Below, one piece after another: positions 17,864 through 27,255 of a DNA stretch of 64,000 nt. The position numbers and the translations under genes are program-made. The DNA comes from Candidatus Micrarchaeia archaeon (GTDB taxonomy: Archaea; Micrarchaeota; Micrarchaeia; CAILAH01): contig JAVZCB010000004.1 of assembly GCA_038874595.1 (NCBI GenBank), positions 32,001 to 96,000 of the forward strand, read 5' to 3'. The notes below the pieces were generated by a model. The model was not told the origin of the DNA and made no database searches. It saw only the letters and a program-made list of their open reading frames with translations. The number at the start of each line of letters is the position of its first letter. Within the stretch, counting starts at the first letter, position 1.

Positions 17864-19840
17864 ATGCTAAGGAAAGAGGAGGTAAAATGCTGGTTTCGCG
17901 AGCAAAAACGCAAGTGGAAAAGCTTCGTTGCAGTTCCACTGTTAGCGGCCAGCATCATGGCTATTGGGCCTACTGTTTCACACTCACAGGAGGTAATAAG
18001 GATGAGTAGTAATCAAGCATTAAAAACTCCTATATCGAAAACTAAAGAAACTGCTGAAATTGTGCACGAGAATTCCTACAATGTTCTAAACTCCATAAAT
18101 GCTACTGTTAATTCAACTGAAACGGAGAGGGTACTGGGTGCACAATCATTGAAAAACCTTGTAAACAGGTACGGGAAAAAAGATATCATAAATGGATTAA
18201 ATAGACTTAAGAAGAGTGGAAAAATCAACGAAGAAGAATATAATAGGCTTGTTGAAATTGCTAATGAGATTGATTATGACAGGATGTACAAGAACGTTGT
18301 AACAACACAGAGTTTGAAAGTTGGCGGCAAATCTGAGAAGGTTGATGCAATAAAAGACACAAGCGTCCTGCTTGATAAAGAGATAAGGGATGTTGTATGT
18401 TTTGTATACCTTGTTTCAATAATAAGCATCCCTGAAATGAAAGAGGTACCGCACCCTGAAAAAAAGCTTTACTTTACAGCTCATACTCAGGATACTAAGA
18501 ACGCCGAAAAAATAAAAAAACAAATTGACGATGTGCAGAGTATTTATAACACGCTCCTATCAGATAAAATTTCGGAGATTAATTACCTTGCAATCAGGGG
18601 AAAGCAAGCATATCTTTTTTTGCAAGGATATCCACCACTTGGCTTACATATTGACTTTGAGCCGCTTTATTCAATTGCGGGCAGGCTTAAGCCTCCTGAA
18701 ATAGGAGATGTACCTCTTCAAAGTGATCCACAAGTGGAATATTTTGGGAAGGAATACAAAGACAGAATAAAGAAGATAGGTAATAACTACTATGTTTCTG
18801 GGAAGTGGCTGTATACAACACCCGAAGGGCGCGAGGCGCTCAAAGGATATTTCTCACAAGGCAAATGGGAGATTGGTGGAATTAAAAGCACTGATAAAGA
18901 TGCATCTAAAAAGCTGTTCGAACTAGTTGAGAAAACGGCCGGGACGTATGGTTATGAGAAAACGATGGCGTGGCTTGAGGAGCATTACAAGCAAGGTAAA
19001 ATAACAAATGAGCAGATGCAGATGATTGAGCCGCTGGTCCGTGTTGTTGATGAGATAAGGAAACGCATTGTGAGTATGGCTTACGAGTCAACTAAAGATA
19101 TTATGATGTTCTATGCAGGTGGTGAAAAGCGATTCGAGCTGAGACCTATTGGAGGCTCACAGGCAAGTATAACTGTTGGAGGCGGTGCTTACTATACAGC
19201 ATTTGAAGTGTACGATGAAAAAAATAAAGCGGTTGTGGGTACTTTATACGTGCGCGGCGAGTTACAATGGGAGAAATACAGCGGCTTAGCGGTACAGTTC
19301 CAGGTGTTTAATGATTTCGGCTTGATGCAGGATAACAAGAGCATTGTTGATGCGAGTGCACTTGCTTTTGGAGCGGAATTGAGCGAGCAGGTAGGGAATA
19401 GACTTGCACTTAAGTTTGGATTAGGTGGGCAGGTGGCACTAACTGCACAAAACATATACACAAGTGGAGGAGTTACGTGGTACCCAAAGAAAAATATGCT
19501 ATATATTCAGGAGGTTGGCATTGGACCGAAGCTGTCCCTCACAAACATAGACGTTGAAAATATACTTAAAAACCAGGGATTCACACCGGAGTTTGCAGGT
19601 GCGATGGGTAATGTTATCCCTCCATATTTATGGAAAGCTGGCATTCCTGTAGATATTACATTTGGTGGCAAAAATTGGAAACTTGAGTTATCATCAGAGG
19701 CAGGATATATGCTTCTTACAAATAAAGACCTTAAAGGAATTCCTGAAGGGGGAAAATTCTACTGGGGCGGGAGTGCTGGTGTAGAGATTAACCTCTATGA
19801 AGATTGGGTTATTAACCTAAACATCTCGGTTTACAAATAG
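17864..19840 (+). CDS. Secreted protein with SHOCT-like helical repeats and a C-terminal putative transmembrane beta-barrel
   Basis: Signal peptide, then ~11 Gly/aromatic-rich amphipathic strands at the C-terminus ending INLNISVYK. The CDS is certain; the fold is inferred. Confidence 0.65.
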   Translation: MLRKEEVKCWFREQKRKWKSFVAVPLLAASIMAIGPTVSHSQEVIRMSSNQALKTPISKTKETAEIVHENSYNVLNSINATVNSTETERVLGAQSLKNLVNRYGKKDIINGLNRLKKSGKINEEEYNRLVEIANEIDYDRMYKNVVTTQSLKVGGKSEKVDAIKDTSVLLDKEIRDVVCFVYLVSIISIPEMKEVPHPEKKLYFTAHTQDTKNAEKIKKQIDDVQSIYNTLLSDKISEINYLAIRGKQAYLFLQGYPPLGLHIDFEPLYSIAGRLKPPEIGDVPLQSDPQVEYFGKEYKDRIKKIGNNYYVSGKWLYTTPEGREALKGYFSQGKWEIGGIKSTDKDASKKLFELVEKTAGTYGYEKTMAWLEEHYKQGKITNEQMQMIEPLVRVVDEIRKRIVSMAYESTKDIMMFYAGGEKRFELRPIGGSQASITVGGGAYYTAFEVYDEKNKAVVGTLYVRGELQWEKYSGLAVQFQVFNDFGLMQDNKSIVDASALAFGAELSEQVGNRLALKFGLGGQVALTAQNIYTSGGVTWYPKKNMLYIQEVGIGPKLSLTNIDVENILKNQGFTPEFAGAMGNVIPPYLWKAGIPVDITFGGKNWKLELSSEAGYMLLTNKDLKGIPEGGKFYWGGSAGVEINLYEDWVINLNISVYK

Positions 19841-19845
19841 GTGGT

Positions 19846-21936
19846 GTGATGAGAAAGCTTGCCTTTGTACTGGTCGTTGTGCTCTGGTGTGCTGTGCTAC
19901 TATACGGGGCAAGCGAAAGCAAGAGCCGCACATATACGATGCCTGATTATAGCATTTACTCGATGAGCTCTGAAATCACGCAAGTAATCAATGCAAACAC
20001 TGCAAAAATAACAAGTGATAAGATATGTGCCGGGGATTCTAGGAATTTGAGAGAGTATGTTGATTATGCAGTTACACAAAATACTCATGTAATAACGCAT
20101 TGTGACATTTCAACATCTACGCTGGATTGTGATAAAAGCAAGTATACAATCGTAGGTGAAGGTATTGCGAGCACGGCTGAAGTAATCTCTGAAAACGAAT
20201 ATAACATCCTCAAGAATAGCGGGTTGAAAAGGTTTACTGCATATGGGGTTTTAACCCAAGGCGAAAAGAATGTTGTTGATGAGATCTCGGGCTCGAGATA
20301 TGGCGGTGCACATCTCGCAAGGATGGATATTGATGGTAAGATATGTACGGGATGCACACACATAAAATATGCAAAAAGCCGTGGCGGGCTTGGGTGTACT
20401 GGAACTTACAAAATAACTGTTATCGGGCCTGATGGAAGCACTGCTGCTGTTTATGAAGGGCCTCTTGAAGAGTTTGCCGAGTCAACTAAAAAGATTAATT
20501 ATAAGTTTGATAGGGCAGGGCAGTATACTGTGAATTATGAAACAGCTGTAAAAACCTGTGTAGGCATACTGAGTGAGGAGCCAATAGGTGGGACACGGGT
20601 TATACATCCTTTCTTTGACCCATCTGGTTTGTACTTGCCATTCGTGATTAAGGAATCTGTCAAGCTTGATATCCTAAGCGGTATTAACGTTCCTGACATC
20701 ATTCCGTCACAGGGAGTGATTGATAATGAGATTGACCCGTCAACGGGTAAAATAGTGCCAAAAACACTCACAGAGAATAAGCAGGATACGTTTACTTTAA
20801 GGTTCAGCCTGTCAAACCCACAGGATAGCAGCACAGATATGAAAATCACATCTATAAGCTGGCCGTTAGATGCTACAAGTGATACTAAAATTGCAAAGCT
20901 CAAGATAGATAATGCTGTTATAACACCAAGTGTTGGAAGTGGTATCACGCTCAAGCCAGGCCAAACGCTTTCCGTTGAGATTAAAACAACAGCAACTGCC
21001 CCAAAGGGGTCGGTTGGGATGCATACCTTGAAGGTTGATTACTCATATGATGCAACAGCTATTGGGATATGTGCAAGCGGTGCGAGCGAGAAACGCGGTG
21101 GAAGTGTATACGCAACAATACAAGTGTTGCCAGAAAACGTTCAACCGCAGGATAATTTAGGGGTAACTGTTAGGGTAACGCCGCCTTTAATAAACACTAA
21201 TAACTATGAAAAGGTAAACAAGGATGGTGTAAAAGTAGACGGATATGTACTGCTGAACCCTGGTAAAGATAATATTGGTGTTGAAGGTGCAAACGTAACC
21301 CTATGGAGTATTACAAAACACTCCAGGAAAATTAATAGTGGAAAACCGCTAACATCCACCCTTTGTTATCTGCCACCTGAAAACAACAAAATGGTAAAAA
21401 CGGATAAGAACGGCTACTATGACTTTTCAAATGTGCCTTTGACTTTATGTAAAATTGGTGGTGACGAGGAAGGGTTCCTTAACGCCACTGTAACTGCAGA
21501 GTATGCAATGCCTGGGAAAGCACCGTTGCGTACACAGCCCACTTCCGGAGGCTCAACCATAAGCACGCCTATCCCGGACCCAACGTGCACTCTTACATAC
21601 AAGAGAAAAACTGGGAATGTTGAGACATACGAGATTACTGTTAATATAAAGAACTGGAAAGATGGGTTTGTTGTAAACACTGCTGGCGGCAAAGAGAAAG
21701 GCAGTTACGATTGTGGCAGTGGCGGGGGCCCGGTAACAACTGGTATCAGAGGAAGCTTAAAGGGCGAGAACCCTACACTTACATTTGAATGCTCATACGG
21801 TGCAGAGCTTACACCGGAGATGTCGCGCGTGGTTGTGTACGGGTTGGATTACAAAAAAACCAATGACCAGAGAGCGCCATTTACAACTATGGTGTGCAGG
21901 GAAAAAATCGGGATGTGTTACGTACAGCTAGGCTAA
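19846..21936 (+). CDS. Secreted multi-domain beta-sandwich (Ig/CARDB/carboxypeptidase-regulatory-like) protein
   Basis: Signal peptide; Thr/Gly/Cys-rich beta strands; motifs FDRAGQYTVNY and VEGANVTL...KTDKNGYYDFSNVP. Confidence 0.75.
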   Translation: MMRKLAFVLVVVLWCAVLLYGASESKSRTYTMPDYSIYSMSSEITQVINANTAKITSDKICAGDSRNLREYVDYAVTQNTHVITHCDISTSTLDCDKSKYTIVGEGIASTAEVISENEYNILKNSGLKRFTAYGVLTQGEKNVVDEISGSRYGGAHLARMDIDGKICTGCTHIKYAKSRGGLGCTGTYKITVIGPDGSTAAVYEGPLEEFAESTKKINYKFDRAGQYTVNYETAVKTCVGILSEEPIGGTRVIHPFFDPSGLYLPFVIKESVKLDILSGINVPDIIPSQGVIDNEIDPSTGKIVPKTLTENKQDTFTLRFSLSNPQDSSTDMKITSISWPLDATSDTKIAKLKIDNAVITPSVGSGITLKPGQTLSVEIKTTATAPKGSVGMHTLKVDYSYDATAIGICASGASEKRGGSVYATIQVLPENVQPQDNLGVTVRVTPPLINTNNYEKVNKDGVKVDGYVLLNPGKDNIGVEGANVTLWSITKHSRKINSGKPLTSTLCYLPPENNKMVKTDKNGYYDFSNVPLTLCKIGGDEEGFLNATVTAEYAMPGKAPLRTQPTSGGSTISTPIPDPTCTLTYKRKTGNVETYEITVNIKNWKDGFVVNTAGGKEKGSYDCGSGGGPVTTGIRGSLKGENPTLTFECSYGAELTPEMSRVVVYGLDYKKTNDQRAPFTTMVCREKIGMCYVQLG

Positions 21937-21945
21937 AAATAAAGG

Positions 21946-22590
21946 TTAGTAATTCTTACTTTGTTTTTTCCCCTCATCTCTTACAAGGAAAGTTGTTCTA
22001 TAAACACGCCTTCCTTTTTTGACACCATACAATTTGTTTGAAGTTATTAGTTTGAAGTTGAGTGCTGATAATATCGTTGCAGCCGCAGATTTGCTGCCTA
22101 CATATATGTCAAGCCCTTCTTTAAGCTCTTCAGTCTTTGGAATGAAAGTAAGCCGCTCAAGCTGGCTTATCAGCCGCTCTGCGAATGCTTTATCATGTGC
22201 GTACCTGCCTCGCAGCTGGATTATGGCTTCATAGTAACCGGCAGATTTCTGGGCACACACGTTGCACAGTGATTCCTTAATCCGAAGAGGGATGCGGAAT
22301 TCCATACTTATCTTATCATACTTCACAACTATGTGCTCATCCTCAATCCAAACTTCAGGAGTCCCAAAACTCTTACTTTTAAATTCGTGTGATAATGCAT
22401 CTTCAACAGGGGTTGCCCAGGATGTAAACCGCTCAGCCCCGCAATTCCTACACCTGTATATTGTAACTTTCAATGGCAGTTTTGGCATATTCATTGCCAG
22501 ATAACAATCAATACAAAAACTACCAATGAAATCCTTATCACTTTCAAATGCGCCACATTTTGGGCATTGCTTTGGCATAACAACAACCAC
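21946..22590 (-). CDS. nmd3: NMD3 family ribosome biogenesis protein
   Basis: Four CxxC pairs plus GYYEAIIQLR, GLDIYVGS and YRTT motifs. Confidence 0.88.
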   Translation of the reverse strand: MVVVMPKQCPKCGAFESDKDFIGSFCIDCYLAMNMPKLPLKVTIYRCRNCGAERFTSWATPVEDALSHEFKSKSFGTPEVWIEDEHIVVKYDKISMEFRIPLRIKESLCNVCAQKSAGYYEAIIQLRGRYAHDKAFAERLISQLERLTFIPKTEELKEGLDIYVGSKSAAATILSALNFKLITSNKLYGVKKGRRVYRTTFLVRDEGKKQSKNY

Positions 22591-22600
22591 ACTAATTTAA

Positions 22601-23845
22601 TTACTGGTGCGAGCGCAATTCCTCAAGCGCTTTCCTGACAGCTGACATAGATATCTCACTTTCCCTATCTTTAAACAGCTCATAAATCTGTGCTGCCTCT
22701 GATGGCGTTGCACCTGCCATTAGCGCCAGCGTTTTGGAATGCAACCGCATATGTCCCTTGTTTATCCCTTCCTGTGTTAGCGCACGCAACGCCGCAAAAT
22801 TCTGTGCCAATCCTACCGCAGCAGCAACACTGCACAATTCAGGTGCGGATTTCACCTGCAATATCCTATCTATGCAAATTCGTGCAGCCCTATGGTTTGT
22901 ACCGCTGCCCACAATACCTAAAGATAGCGGAAGCTCAATCTCACCAGCAAGCTTCCCATCCTCGATATAGTACTTTGTTAAAGGATGATAGGATGAATTG
23001 TAGGCCGCATATGCGTGTGCACCAGCCTCAACGGCACGTGTATCATTACCTGTTGCAAGCGCAAGTGCTGAAATTCCATTCATTATACCTTTATTATGAG
23101 TAACTGCACGAAGTATATCATTCTCAGCCAGCGCCTGCGCATCAAGGATTCCTTTTGCCAGTTCTAAATCTGATGTAAGGTATGCCTTTGCACGCGATAC
23201 GCGCTTAATGCAAAGGTTTGAGAGTATTCGCAGGCGTGCTTTTCCACCTATCATCTCAACAATAATGGGCGCCAGCGATTCAGCTACCTTGTTGATAGTA
23301 TTCGCACCCATAGCGTCACGTACATCAACAGAAAAATAAACTATTGTATGGCTCTTGCCGTTTGTGCTGAACGTGCGTGCCCAAATGTCACGTGCACCGC
23401 CGCCCCTCTCTTTCATTGAAGGGATAATCCCATCAATATGGCCGAGCAATGCCTGCTTGCTTGAATTAATTTTCGTATCCGCATCAGGGATTGGGTCAAC
23501 AACCTGCACCTGCCCTATCATAACTGGGTCAGATGATGATGCTGTAAACCCACCAAACTCGCGCGCCATCTTTGCAGCTTTTGATGCGGCTGCAACCACG
23601 CTTGGCTCCTCACCGGCCATTGGTATCAGGTAATCCTTGCCATTAATACGAAAATTTGTGGCGATACTTAAAGGCAAGGAATAGAGGCCTATAACATTCT
23701 CACGCATTGCGTTGGCTTCTTCTATTGATAGGCCACCGGAGCGTATGCAAGATATCTCATCATCAGATAAGTTAATGAGGGATTTCAAGTATGACAGCCG
23801 TTCAGATGGGGATTTTGAATGAAAACCCGAAATGTCAGAATGCAT
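22601..23845 (-). CDS. mvaA: HMG-CoA reductase, class II (bacterial type)
   Basis: ENVIG, EEPSVVAAAS, DAMGANTIN, RILSNL, THNKGIMNG, GNDTRAVEAGAH and GINKGHMRLH motifs. Confidence 0.93.
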   Translation of the reverse strand: MHSDISGFHSKSPSERLSYLKSLINLSDDEISCIRSGGLSIEEANAMRENVIGLYSLPLSIATNFRINGKDYLIPMAGEEPSVVAAASKAAKMAREFGGFTASSSDPVMIGQVQVVDPIPDADTKINSSKQALLGHIDGIIPSMKERGGGARDIWARTFSTNGKSHTIVYFSVDVRDAMGANTINKVAESLAPIIVEMIGGKARLRILSNLCIKRVSRAKAYLTSDLELAKGILDAQALAENDILRAVTHNKGIMNGISALALATGNDTRAVEAGAHAYAAYNSSYHPLTKYYIEDGKLAGEIELPLSLGIVGSGTNHRAARICIDRILQVKSAPELCSVAAAVGLAQNFAALRALTQEGINKGHMRLHSKTLALMAGATPSEAAQIYELFKDRESEISMSAVRKALEELRSHQ

Positions 23846-23862
23846 TAAAACACCGTGCCTTT

Positions 23863-24051
23863 CTATTTTAGGTATTTCTTTGCAGCCCTTACCTTATAAA
23901 GTTTGTCAAGCTCGTTCCGGACATCATAAAACGACAGATGACGTATTTCAACCCCGGACTTGGCAGGCCCTGCTGGAGGCTTGAACGTGGGTGTTGATGC
24001 GATTTTTTCAAGTTCAACTATGCGTTTTCTTAACTCATCAAAAGAGCTCAT
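23863..24051 (-). CDS. Small hypothetical protein (62 aa)
   Basis: Starts 11 bp after the ATPase stop, co-oriented and filling the gap. Confidence 0.55.
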   Translation of the reverse strand: MSSFDELRKRIVELEKIASTPTFKPPAGPAKSGVEIRHLSFYDVRNELDKLYKVRAAKKYLK

Positions 24052-24062
24052 ACCTTTGGCAC

Positions 24063-25592
24063 CTACCGCTCTAATATCTCCTTCAACGGGACGCCCTTCT
24101 CAACCGCATCAAGCAAAGATTCCCTTGAATTATAATATTCTGCAACCACCCTGCCAACGTGCTCAACATCAACACAGCCCTGCTTTATCATATAATTCAG
24201 CACTTTTGATTTTTCATTTATATCTGCGGATATCTCCTTCTGTGTCATTCCTGTATAAAGGCTGAGGCGGTCAGCAAGTGAGGATATTTCATCCACTTTG
24301 TCAATCCTGTCGTTTCTGGGGTTCCACCTGTAAATTACCCTGTGCCTGCCACGGTCATCAACCTCTGCAACCTCAAACGTCCTGCGCAGGCCGGTACGCC
24401 TGTTCCTGTATTGCACAACTATTAAGTCCAGCGCTCCCAGCATAGATTGTGGGATATCCACAGGCGGATTGGTCAAACGGGATATCGTTTGCTCCGCGTT
24501 ATCTGCGTGTAAAGTTGCAATTACAGAGTGCCCCGTGTGCATCGCCTCAAACAGGATTTCTGCTTCACGCTTACGTCTAACTTCACCAACTATAATCCTG
24601 TCAGGGCGCATACGTAACGAGTTCACGAGCAGGTCAAGCATCTTTACCTCACCTTTCCCTTCAGGGTTTGGAAGCCTTGTTGAAAGGGGAACCCATTGCA
24701 GGAAGGATGGGAGATATATCTCACGTGTATCTTCTATGCTTATTATGCGCTGGTTAGGTGGGAATAGATTTGAAAGCGCGTTTAGGAAAGATGTCTTACC
24801 GCTACCCGTACCCCCTGAAACAAGTATTGACATCTCGTTCTGGATGCTCAGCCATAAGAGTGCCATAACCTCTGCGGATACTGTTGATGACTGCACAAAC
24901 ATAGTTGGTGTCCATGGATTTCGCGCAAATTTTCTTATTGTAATGGTATTGCCATTAGTGGAGATTGGGAAGAGTGTTGCATTAACACGGTCACCTGTTG
25001 ATAAGCGTGCATCCATAAGGGGATTGAGCAGGTTAATCTGCCTGCCAACACGGCGCCCTATGGCAGCAGCATAATCCTGCACCGTTTTCTCTTCTTTCAG
25101 CACAACGTTTGTAATGCACCAACCATACTTCTTATGGAAAACCCATATGGGCTGGCCTGCACAGTTTACTACGATTTCCTCAAGGTTCTCATCATGAAGG
25201 AACGGCTCCAAATCACCCAAGCCAAGTGTATACTGCATAAGGTACGCTGAGAGAATTTTCAGGTTCTCGGGCGGCAAATTAGGAAAATGCCTGAGTAAAA
25301 CTTTTGAAGTCTTTGAGAAGAACTGGTCGCGCACATACTTGCTCTTCTGGACATCAAGCATCTCTGATATATCAATGTTTACTTCGCCAACAAGCTCACC
25401 GCGTATTTGCGTATCTAATATAAGCCTTGTCCCTTCCGCAAGACCTGGGATTTTAATCGAGTAGTACGGGACGTACAAATCTGGCCTGTGCGATATCTGC
25501 ACCTCCATGGCCATGCCTTCAACATTAAGTTGATAAGTATCAACCGCGCGCACCGCACCACTGTCATTGTTCTTCTTTCCGTTTTGGACCAT
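24063..25592 (-). CDS. Type II/IV secretion / Tad pilus assembly ATPase (CpaF/VirB11/ArlI family)
   Basis: Walker A GGTGSGKT, Asp box SIEDTRE, LRMRPDRIIVGEVR and His box MHTGH...TLHA. Confidence 0.93.
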   Translation of the reverse strand: MVQNGKKNNDSGAVRAVDTYQLNVEGMAMEVQISHRPDLYVPYYSIKIPGLAEGTRLILDTQIRGELVGEVNIDISEMLDVQKSKYVRDQFFSKTSKVLLRHFPNLPPENLKILSAYLMQYTLGLGDLEPFLHDENLEEIVVNCAGQPIWVFHKKYGWCITNVVLKEEKTVQDYAAAIGRRVGRQINLLNPLMDARLSTGDRVNATLFPISTNGNTITIRKFARNPWTPTMFVQSSTVSAEVMALLWLSIQNEMSILVSGGTGSGKTSFLNALSNLFPPNQRIISIEDTREIYLPSFLQWVPLSTRLPNPEGKGEVKMLDLLVNSLRMRPDRIIVGEVRRKREAEILFEAMHTGHSVIATLHADNAEQTISRLTNPPVDIPQSMLGALDLIVVQYRNRRTGLRRTFEVAEVDDRGRHRVIYRWNPRNDRIDKVDEISSLADRLSLYTGMTQKEISADINEKSKVLNYMIKQGCVDVEHVGRVVAEYYNSRESLLDAVEKGVPLKEILER

Positions 25593-25600
25593 AATAATAC

Positions 25601-26788
25601 TTACCTCCGCTTTTCCTTTTCCTCCCGCAGCTTCCTCATAAGGTCAATCAGCTCCTGGCGCTTCTGTTCCATCATAGTTACATCACGCTTTGTCTCCTTT
25701 ATCTTTTCCTTTGCCTCCTCAAGTTTTCCGCTGACTCCGCTCACAGCAGTTGGGGATACCTCTATCTTTATCGCCTGCAATTCACGTATAAGCAGCTTTA
25801 GCTTCTTGTCAAGCCTCTCCTCCTCATCTTCCAGCTCAGCAAGCATATCCGCAATCCTCTTTACCTCAGCATACCTGCGCGCAATTACATCCTCGCTTAT
25901 CTTGCTCTCAAGCACCTCAACATCCTTGCTGAAATCGTTTATCGTCTTGAGTGCAAGCCGCATCTCATCAAGCCGCTTCTCAAGCGTTTCATTAAGAGAG
26001 GAATACATCTGGCTTACACTTTCAAACTCCTCACGAACATTCTTTATCTCCTGGTCAAACTTGCCAGTGCTCAATTGCGAATACGTTGCCAGCCGGGTCT
26101 TAAGCGCCTCCTCCTTCTCAGAAAGGTCTGAAAGCTCAGAATCTATCTCATCTTTCTGCTTTTGCAAAGTCTCACGGAGAGCGCGCACCTTCCTGAGTGC
26201 ATCATCATAATTTGAGACAAGCGTTTCCATAACCGCCGCATCCTGCATATATGAGCTTTCTGCCTCCTTAAGCTGCACGCTGTACTTATCCATCCTCTCC
26301 TTAACCTTAAAGGCCATCTCCTCAAGGTCATGAACCATTACTTTTGCTTCTTCGTTTGCCTTCTGCCCTTCCTTCTTGATTTCATTTAAAGTTTCAACCG
26401 CTGCCCTAACCCCCTCACTCACAGAAGATAGATTACCTATAATTGAGGACAACTTTTTGCTGGATTCCTTTGACTCCGCCAAAAGCCCTGCAATGCGGTT
26501 TGAAAGCCCTTCCAGCTCAACAAGAAGCGAATCACGCTGCTCACGCAGCTCTTTTACCTTTTCAGGCTCAGTCACTGACTCCCCAGCCCATACAAGGTAT
26601 GCTGTTGTAAACTGGTATTCAATCTTGATTATCCCTTCCTCTTCAAGTATATGGGACCATTCCTCAATTACCTTCTGGGCAATGCCAAGCTCCTTTGAGG
26701 CGCGTTCAAGCGAGACACGTTTATTCTTGTAAATAAGGTTTATGAGCTGATCAACACCTGTGCTTATCAGTGAATCTACGTATGCCAC
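25601..26788 (-). CDS. N-terminal winged-helix plus long coiled-coil protein
   Basis: TGVDQLINLI..KRVSLERASKELG...IEEWSHILEEEGIIKIEY followed by ~320 aa of heptad-rich sequence. Confidence 0.8.
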   Translation of the reverse strand: MAYVDSLISTGVDQLINLIYKNKRVSLERASKELGIAQKVIEEWSHILEEEGIIKIEYQFTTAYLVWAGESVTEPEKVKELREQRDSLLVELEGLSNRIAGLLAESKESSKKLSSIIGNLSSVSEGVRAAVETLNEIKKEGQKANEEAKVMVHDLEEMAFKVKERMDKYSVQLKEAESSYMQDAAVMETLVSNYDDALRKVRALRETLQKQKDEIDSELSDLSEKEEALKTRLATYSQLSTGKFDQEIKNVREEFESVSQMYSSLNETLEKRLDEMRLALKTINDFSKDVEVLESKISEDVIARRYAEVKRIADMLAELEDEEERLDKKLKLLIRELQAIKIEVSPTAVSGVSGKLEEAKEKIKETKRDVTMMEQKRQELIDLMRKLREEKEKRR

Positions 26789-26952
26789 AAAATGTATTTG
26801 GAGAAATTTAATATAAATCTACCATATGCTCGCAGCCCGCGGCCGCGCACTCAGTCACATATATTTATATGTTTCCTATTTGATGGGCCACTAAGGGAAT
26901 ATTATTATTATTTAAAGGTTTTGAGAAATATATCCTGCAAGCTATAGAGGGA

Positions 26953-27240
26953 TTGCCAATGGAATATACAAAAGAGGACCTTATGGGGGTTATTCCTATA
27001 AAAAGTGCAACAAGTGGCTCTGCATTCACAAGGGTTAAGCAGCAAAGGGCAATATTTGACAAGTTTGGTGCAGAAGGGGTTTCAATCTATGCATCAATCA
27101 ATGGTAAAAAAAGCGTTGAGGAAATCCGTGCTGATTTGAACATGACTGCAAGCAGAATCGTTGAGATACTTGAGTTCATGGAAAGGGAAGGTGTGATACA
27201 GCTAAAGACAATTTTTGAGATTGAGTCGGAAAGGAACTAA
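26953..27240 (+). CDS. Single winged-helix-repeat protein
   Basis: KFGAEGVSIYASINGKKSVEEI...EILEFMEREGVIQL; the same unit repeats in the next gene. Confidence 0.75.
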   Translation: MPMEYTKEDLMGVIPIKSATSGSAFTRVKQQRAIFDKFGAEGVSIYASINGKKSVEEIRADLNMTASRIVEILEFMEREGVIQLKTIFEIESERN

Positions 27241-27255
27241 GCGGAGTTCTGATGT

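Noticed and set aside
26822-26860. GC-rich spot sharing ATATGCTCGC with 47111 as a possible REP-like element
   Set aside because: Only ~10 bp are shared and there are two copies, which is compatible with chance.
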